Source of the DNA: Cognaticolwellia sp.
GTDB taxonomy: Bacteria > Pseudomonadota > Gammaproteobacteria > Enterobacterales > Alteromonadaceae
DNA: 54,510 nucleotides
Reading direction: 5' to 3'
NCBI GenBank assembly: GCA_041616855.1
Contig: JBFJQB010000001.1
Coordinates: forward strand, 1 to 54,510
Numbering within the stretch: position 1 is the first letter of the stretch; the number at the start of each line of letters is the position of its first letter. Under the pieces are notes generated by a model that saw nothing but the letters and a program-made list of their open reading frames with translations, ran no database searches and was not told the origin of the DNA. Shown one piece after another: positions 39,901 to 48,000 of the stretch. The position numbers and the translations under genes are program-made.

Positions 39901-40554
39901 GCTATCATTAGCGACTTAAGTGAAGTCGCGGTTTTAAAGAAAGCCATTGCGGATATCAGTACACAAGAACAAGAAAAAATAGGTCGAGAAGTTCACGATA
40001 ACTTGGGGCAGCGGCTAACAGGTATTAACTTACTTGTTAGTGACCTACAAAGAAAAAAAGCAATTAACGATGTAGAAAGTAATGAAATGCTATCGCAAAT
40101 TATGGCACAAATAAGTCTCGCGATTGGAGATACACGTAACATAAGCCATGGCTTATCGCCTATCTTGTTTCCACCACAAAAACTGCAAGAAGCCTTAATT
40201 AAATTAATGCAAATGGCTGATAAAGCACATATTCAGAGCCAATTTGAATTCTCAAAAGTATTAAAAGTCACCGATAATACTATAGCGATTCAAGTGTATC
40301 GTATTGCACAAGAAGCCATTAATAACGCCATTAAACACTCAAAAGCGAGTAAGATCACCCTAGAGCTGAAAACGCATTTCAATCAAATGATGCTGATGAT
40401 TCAAGATAACGGTATCGGTATTAATCGACAAGAAAACCAAGCAGATTTGGGGATTGGCTTAAAAATCATGCAATATCGCGCATCAAGCATTAATGCCAGT
40501 TTGTGTATAGAATCATCGGCTAGCACTGGCACTACAGTCCGCTGTATATTCTAA
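36982..40554 (+). CDS. CheB-CheR-coiled coil-PAS-histidine kinase (HisKA_3/NarX-like) fusion
   Basis: CheB GASAGG/PHLDP; CheR [30 protein letters not shown]; EE-rich heptads; PAS repeats; [9 protein letters not shown] H-box, [19 protein letters not shown], GIGL. Confidence 0.92.
   Translation: [1190 protein letters not shown]
38929..39140 (+). repeat. Coding 21-bp heptad repeats (S-x-N-E-E-L) inside the CheB/CheR fusion
   Basis: [50 protein letters not shown]. Confidence 0.8.
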
Positions 40555-40979
40555 AGGCTCACGGTCTTTGATAATCCGATTGCAGCGCATGAGAAAAAAT
40601 TGCATTGACAGCGCTATTTGCTGGTAATTAAGGCTATGTATAAGGAACTGGTTAAGAAAATATTATGCTAATGGTCGAAATCTAATTATCTTTATCCTCA
40701 ACGAAAATAGCTGGCGTAGGCGCCATTCTGCTGGCCCGGTTATTCTGTTTACTTTGTTGCAGTGCTAATTATTCACATCATCGGCCATAACTTGTCAGTA
40801 TTGCTGACATAAATCAGCTAAAGCTTTTAAACTTATTCATTTCGTTCAAAGCTCTAAGATTTGCCCCAAGCCAGCTGCTAATATCAACGTTAGAACCTGT
40901 CAAAATAACTGAATTAATAAACTGACCCGCTTTGATTTTTAAAATTAAAACAAATCAACTTTATTGAAGAGGCTTTACC

Positions 40980-41900
40980 ATGAAAATACAGCATATTCTT
41001 GTCATCATGGATCCAACGATTGACGAACAGCCGGCCTTATTTAAAGCCATTGAAGTCGCCAAAAAATTTGATGCCAGTATCGAGCTATTTTTGGTGGTTC
41101 ATCACAGTGGCCTTACGCCAAAGTGGTTTAATCAAGAGCATCCACAAGAACAAATTATTCGTAATTATTTGAACACCAAGCAGCGTTGGCTCGATACCTA
41201 TCTTTCTCTGGTTTCTAAAGAAAATATCTCGGTCAGTTCAGAAGTACGTTGGCATACGCCACTTTATGCAGAAATATTAAAAAAAGTTACTGAGTGCCAT
41301 GCTGACATGGTGGTAAAAACGACTCATCAACACCCGCTAATTGACCGCTTACTCTTCACACCCAATGACTGGCAATTATTAAAATCCTGTCCGGTACCAC
41401 TATTACTGGTTAAATCCTCTTCAGCGCCTAACTACAAAAATATAATGGCGGCCATAGATTTAAAAAATACTGAAGACGACCTCATTAACTTAGATGAGGT
41501 TATTCTTGAAACGACCGCAATGATGTCTGAATATTTTCATGCCGTTGCGCATGTCACCCATGCATATGATCCTATGGGATATGATTTATGGCCAACGTCA
41601 GGTACGGGGTTTTTAGGTTTTGATCTGCCTCCATACGACTACCAAAGTTTCCAAGAACAGCTAAAAGAGCTGCATGAGAATGAATTTAATCAATTAATCG
41701 CACATTATGCATTTGATGAAAAGCATATTCATGCTTTTAATGGTATTGCTTCATATCAAATTGTTGATACCGTTAAAGAGGAGAATATTGATTTGTTAAT
41801 TATGGGGGTCAGGGTTCATTCCGGTTTTGTCAGCACAACCGCAGAAAAAATATTAGATGAAGTGAACTGTGACATTTTAGCGATAAAAGCCACCTATTAA
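40980..41900 (+). CDS. Tandem-domain universal stress protein, UspE-like
   Basis: ILVIMDP..QPAL, LFTPNDWQLLKSCPVPLLLVK, IMAAID, TAEKILDEVNCDILAIK. Confidence 0.9.
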   Translation: MKIQHILVIMDPTIDEQPALFKAIEVAKKFDASIELFLVVHHSGLTPKWFNQEHPQEQIIRNYLNTKQRWLDTYLSLVSKENISVSSEVRWHTPLYAEILKKVTECHADMVVKTTHQHPLIDRLLFTPNDWQLLKSCPVPLLLVKSSSAPNYKNIMAAIDLKNTEDDLINLDEVILETTAMMSEYFHAVAHVTHAYDPMGYDLWPTSGTGFLGFDLPPYDYQSFQEQLKELHENEFNQLIAHYAFDEKHIHAFNGIASYQIVDTVKEENIDLLIMGVRVHSGFVSTTAEKILDEVNCDILAIKATY

Positions 41901-42011
41901 AATTCCGTGTCATCTATAAATTACCGACTAAAGAGCAGTTAATAAATTCCAGTTAGCAATTAAGTCCCGCTCGCACTTAGCAAAACCGTATAATGGGGCA
42001 ATGGCGAGGGA

Positions 42012-45000
42012 CTATTTATCTAGCCTAACAATTACCTCAAGTACTGCGCCACGCCTAGGTAATGGTATAGAGTTACCAATAATGCTTTCACCATTAATGC
42101 TAATTTCACCCACGCCTTGACCCACGCCATGACTATCTTCGACACATAAGTTAATCACGCCATCATCTTGAGTTAACGTAGCTTTGTAACCATGCCAAGA
42201 TTTTGGAATACATGGGTCTACAGTTAAAAAGCTACCTTTATATTTGATACCGAGAATGGCTTCTATACCTAAACGATATGCCCAAGCGGATGAGCCGGTA
42301 TACCAGCTCCAGCCCCCTCGCCCAGTATGAGGCGATACACTGCCGATATCACCTGCCATCACATAAGGTTCTATTTTGTATGTTTCTATAGCGTTTATAT
42401 TTAATGAATGCTCTATCGGATTAAGCATTTGGAATAACTGCATAGCGCGATCACCATCGCCGTGACGGGTATGCGCCCATGCTAACCAAATAGCTGCATG
42501 GGTATATTGTCCACCATTTTCTCTTAATCCAGGCGGGTAAGCCTTGATATAACCAGGATCACGCATTGTTGCGTCAAATGGCGGCCATAATAACCGCACA
42601 ACTTTATTTTTTTCATCAACGAGTTCACTGCTTGCCGCTTGTAATGCTTGAATAGCGCGTTGAGAAGTCGCTGCGCCACTTAAAGTTGCCCAAGATTGTG
42701 CGATAGAGTCAATACGGCATTCTTGGCATCGAGCTGCCCCCCATGGCAGGCCTTTATCATCATAAGCTCGTCGATACCACTTGCCATCCCAACAATATTT
42801 TTCAATAGCTTGTGCTAATGCCTTCGCACGATCACGCCAAATATGCACTGACATATCTTCTGGCCACAGTTCATGTAAAGCCGTAAATGTTTCAATAACA
42901 GCAATAGCAAACCAAGATAACCAGATACTTTCACCACGCCCCTGCACACCAACCCGATCCATGCCATCATTCCAATCCCCGCTACCTATTAATAACAATC
43001 CGTGCTCGCCTGTAGAATTGATACCGCGATTTAAAGCCCGTTTACAATGTTCAAATAATGTATAACCTCTTGATGTAGATTGATATAATGCATATCGATT
43101 CTCCTCTCGTTCACTGAGCGGATCACCGGTCAAAAATGGTATCTTTTCATCAAAAATAGTCCGGTCACCGGTAATATTTACATAATTAGCTGTAACATAG
43201 GGTAGCCATAATAAGTCATCAGAGCACCGTGTTCGCACACCTCTACCACTTGGCGGATGCCACCAATGTAAAACATCTCCTAAATCAAATTGATGCGCTG
43301 CGCTTGCTAAAATATGTTTTCGTGCCAGTGCGGGCTCTGCATAAACCAATGCCATCACGTCTTGAAGTTGATCTCGAAAGCCATAAGCACCACTAGACTG
43401 ATATAAACCACATCGGGCAAAAACTCGACAAACCAACGTTTGATAAAGTAACCACTGATTCATCATTAAATCAAAAGTTGGCTCAGGCGTCTTCACAGAC
43501 ACGGCGTTAAACAAACGTGACCACCGCACCTGCATTTTTTGCCGATCATCGGGAGCAGTCTGTGGTTGTTGCCATTTTTCAATTAATGCTCTAGTGTGTT
43601 CTGGGTTATCACCTTGACCGAAGAAAAATACTATCTCCGCTTCAGTATTTGCAGCTACGTCCACATGTATTTGCAATACAGCACAGGGATCAAGTTTCGC
43701 TCCCACCACCCCACTAAGCCCCCAACGACTCAAAGCAGCCGGCATATTATAACCCGCCTCTCTTCCCAAAAACTCAGTTCTGTCACCGGTAAACCCATGC
43801 ACTGGTTGATTGGAGCACAAAAATGTTTGACGCTCTGAAAAATCAGCATGCCAAACATTTTTTGCTAATATGGCCTTAGTGTTTAAATCAAATTCCGTCA
43901 CAATATGGGGCGCACTTTTAGCGCGTGTTACCCCGAGCACTAATTCGGCATAATAAGTTACCGTTAAACGCCGTGCTTTGCCTTGAGTGTTTTTTAAGGC
44001 TAAGCGGGTAATTTTAACCGGATCTTGATGGGCAACATATAAAGTTAATTGTTGTTCTAGCTGATGAGAGTTGCTACGCCACTGACTACAGCCTGCGCTA
44101 TGGGTAACTTCACAAAGTTCTCCAGTGCCAATAGGTGCAGGCGTAACGGTCCAGACCTGCCCCGTTTCTTCATCACGTATATATATTATTTCGCTAGGTC
44201 GGTCTGCAACCGGATCGTTTGCCCAATGGGTAAGTCTATTTTCTCCGCTATTAATTGCCCAAGTGTAGCCACCGCCAGATTCAGAAACCAAACAGCCGAA
44301 ATGTTCATTAGCAAGAATATTACTCCATGGCGCAGGCGTAGTTTTCCCTGAGGCTAAATACATAACATATTCATCACCTTTAGGGCTAAAGCCGCCTAAG
44401 CCATTAAAGCAAATGAGATCATTACGGCGTGCCAACAGCATACTGGCATCTGAGGCGATGGGCGGCGCTGTAGCCACAAAGTTGGGTTGGCGATTAACCT
44501 CTTGATAATGCGAGGCTAACTGCTGTTCTAATGACGCTTTGTCACTTAAAATGACATGAGCTACAGCGCTGAACAAATGACATTGTTCAATCGACATTCG
44601 ACCAAGGTGCAGTAAATGTACACCGCTTCGTTGGCCAAGCAGAGCTTCTACCCCTATTTCTTGTGATAGCTGTAATACCCTGTTATTCATTTCATCATTA
44701 TATCCGCTGTTTCCTTCATGCAGAATGACTAAATCAATTTCGAGTCCCTTTAAGTGCCATTGTTTATGAGCGCAAACTAAAACACGCAACAAAGCAACAT
44801 TGCTCACCTCATGTAAACGAAATAACAACATAGGTAAATCGCCTGAAATACCAAAAGACCAAAGTGTTGACTGGTTCATTTGGTTATTTTTAATAAGCTT
44901 TTCTTCACCGCGTAAGGTCGGATGTGATTGTATTAACACCGACAATATAATTTGCAGTTGCGGTAGATAAGGCACAATGTATTCACATTGTTTCATGTCT

Positions 45001-48000
45001 AAGCTGGCTTTAAACAGTGCGTCGTGGAAAATCAAATCAACTGATGAGAGCACTTCATAGCAGTGAGCAATCTCAAACAATGAGCGGCGTGAACTACTGG
45101 CAATCGTAACAAAAGCAAGTTTTTCAGTAGCAAACTCAGGCAACTCCACGGTTGCTTGTAATGACATAATAGGGTCTAAAGTCCAGCCTAATGTTTCCGA
45201 CAAACCAGTGCTGAGCCCTTGAGGGTTTTGTGCGCTACCGTTACGGCCGATAAAGTGTGCTCGGTCTGTTTCAAAGCTATGTAATTTAACTGCTTTACTA
45301 TCAGCAACTAAACGGTGCATAAGTGCGGGCGATTTTTCTTGAGGCTCTCTAGAGCGGCGTTCAAAAATTAGTGCGTCTAAACTGGTGGCCAGCTCGCTGT
45401 GAACAAACAGTTTACTAAAAGCAGGATGACGCTCATCACTACTAGGCGTTGTAAGCACCACTTCGGCATAAGTGGTAACACTGAGCCTACGTGCTTTATC
45501 GGTGTCGTTAATTAATGTCATACGACGAATTTCTACGTCATCATTTGCTGAAACAGTTATGTCCATACGCAGTGAAATACCGTAATCTTGACGATGAAAT
45601 TCCACCATATGTGGATGAAATACCACATCATATTTTTTGCTACTTTTATTAACCGGTAACCGCCCAACCGACCAAATTTCACCACTATCTTGATCACAGA
45701 TGTATATCCACAGCCCCAAGCTTTCCTGACTAATGTCTGGCTGCCAACGTGTTAAGGCGTTATGTCGCCAGTTTAACCCACCCGCACCTGATTCTGTTAT
45801 CAAGGTATTGAATCGGCCATTACCCAGTACATGTAATTCAGGGTAAGCACCAGATAGTAAAGGTTTCCATGCTTGTAATTGCGGCAGGTTATGAACTTTA
45901 TCTTCAAGCACGGCCTCTGCTTTGGTAATCGCATCTGTTGGAAACTCAGGTGTGCTGTCTAAAGCTAACTGTTCATGCAGCAAAAGATCGACCGTTTGCA
46001 CAATTGTGCTACGTTGAAATCGCTGTACGTGCGGTTCATTCAATAGCACATTAGCTAAAGCAACAAATACCATACCTTGATGATGAGCCATATGAGAGCG
46101 AACAATTGCAAAATCACGATTTCTTGGAATACGGTTGGGGGTATAATCTATCGCTTCATACATACCATAAAGGTTCAACATGCCAAGGCGAGTTAAGCGT
46201 TTCAAATTAGCAGTGGCACGCTTAGGATAAATGGCCAATGCTAACGCACTCGCATAGGGGGCAATAACTGTATCGAGCTCTAAGCCTCGTTTGAACCCTA
46301 AACTAGGTACACCAAATGCGCGATATTGGTAGTTATGTTGTATATCTACCGTTGCATATCCGGATTCAGATATTCCCCAAGGGGTTGAACATTTAGCCCC
46401 TCTTTTGATTTGTTCATCAACGGCGACCAGCTCACTTTGCGCTAATAAAGTCCCTTCCGCGCTACATATTAATAAACGGGGCATTAGATACTCAAACATT
46501 GTCCCACCCCAGGAAATCAGTACACTTTTCCCTGAGACTTTAGTAATAGAGCGACCAAGAGCAAACCAATGCTTAGTAGATATTTCTCCTTTTCCCATGG
46601 CAACAATACTGGCTGAACGAGCTTCTGAAGCCAATAAGTCATAATGATTGGGATCCATTTCTCCGGCGCTATCATTCCAACCTATATGAAATAATCGCGT
46701 AGGTTCGTCATACAATAAACGAAAATCCATCCCCGCGACTTCGGCCACTGAGCGCTGCTTAATCTTGTTTAGATCGGTTTGAAGTTGTCGGGCATTTTGC
46801 TCAGAGCTAATGAGCTGTTGTTCAAGTGTGGTTAACCAAATTGCGATAGTATTATTTTGCCCTGCGCTCCATAAGTGCGGTTTTTTTGCGCGCAACTTCA
46901 TGATAACTTTTGTCGCTAATAAACACGCGGGGGAGATTTCGGCTAAAGTTAATGTTGGTAATAAAACCCGACGCAACAATAATAAAGCATCTTGATACAA
47001 TATTGCGTCTTGATTATGCCGCGGTGCTGTTGGACACGTCAGTATGGTGAGCCATGGAAATAATCGATCAAGGTCACGTTGCATATCGCGTAAATGCTGA
47101 TGTGTTCGCCCAACCCAAATTCGGATATTTCGTAAAGTACTTACACCATGAACAGATGACTTTTTTGCCAGTGTTGCTACCAAATGACGATCAAATTCAA
47201 CACAATCATATTCACACATCTCTTGTATAGTTAACCACCATATATCGGTGTTATCTCGAGCACTTGCTGCCTTATTTCGAATTTGAACTGCGTGCTCAGA
47301 CAGTGTGGTGTATTCTGTTTTGTCACCTTTACCTAGCTTAGCAACGGCTTCTTCAATAAGGGCTATGGTATCCATCAAACCCTCCCAACGTGCAGGCGAA
47401 AACACCGGACTAATTTCAACGGTTTTACAGCCTTCATTAAGTGTTAATAAAGCCGCGGCTAAATTCCCACTATCTACTGTTGAAACATAACGTGGCTCTA
47501 ATACTTCTAAAGTCTGAGTATTATACCAATTGAAAATATGGCCTCGATGGTGTTCTAATTTCGCTAGTGAATTGATGCTGGCAAGTACTCGAGAAGTAAA
47601 CTCAGTCGGACCAATATAACCAAAATCCCAAGCGGTTAAATTCGACAGAAACATCATGCCAATATTGGTCGGTGAAGTTCGATGTGAAATAATGCCATGA
47701 GGGTCTTCTTGATAGTTATCAGGCGGTAACCAATAATCTGCAGGCCCAACAAAGGTCTCAAAAAACAGCCAAGTACGTCGAGCTAACCGACGTAAAAATA
47801 CCACGTCATTCTCATCTAACTGTTCGGTAATTTTTGGCAAAGGCTGACTTATCCTCCGCGCAATTTCGGGTGCTAAAAGCCAAAGTATCAAAAAAGGGCC
47901 AGCAATCGGTAAAACCGACGCATTGGTATAAATCACGAGTATTGCAATCAGACAAGTCAATAACACCCCAGGTGCCATTTCTTGCCAAAAATAACCAGAA

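Noticed and set aside
30000-41942. GCAGTTAA at ~30001, ~30094 and ~41935 as att direct repeats
   Set aside because: Only 8-9 bp in AT-rich DNA, expected by chance, with no extended identity.
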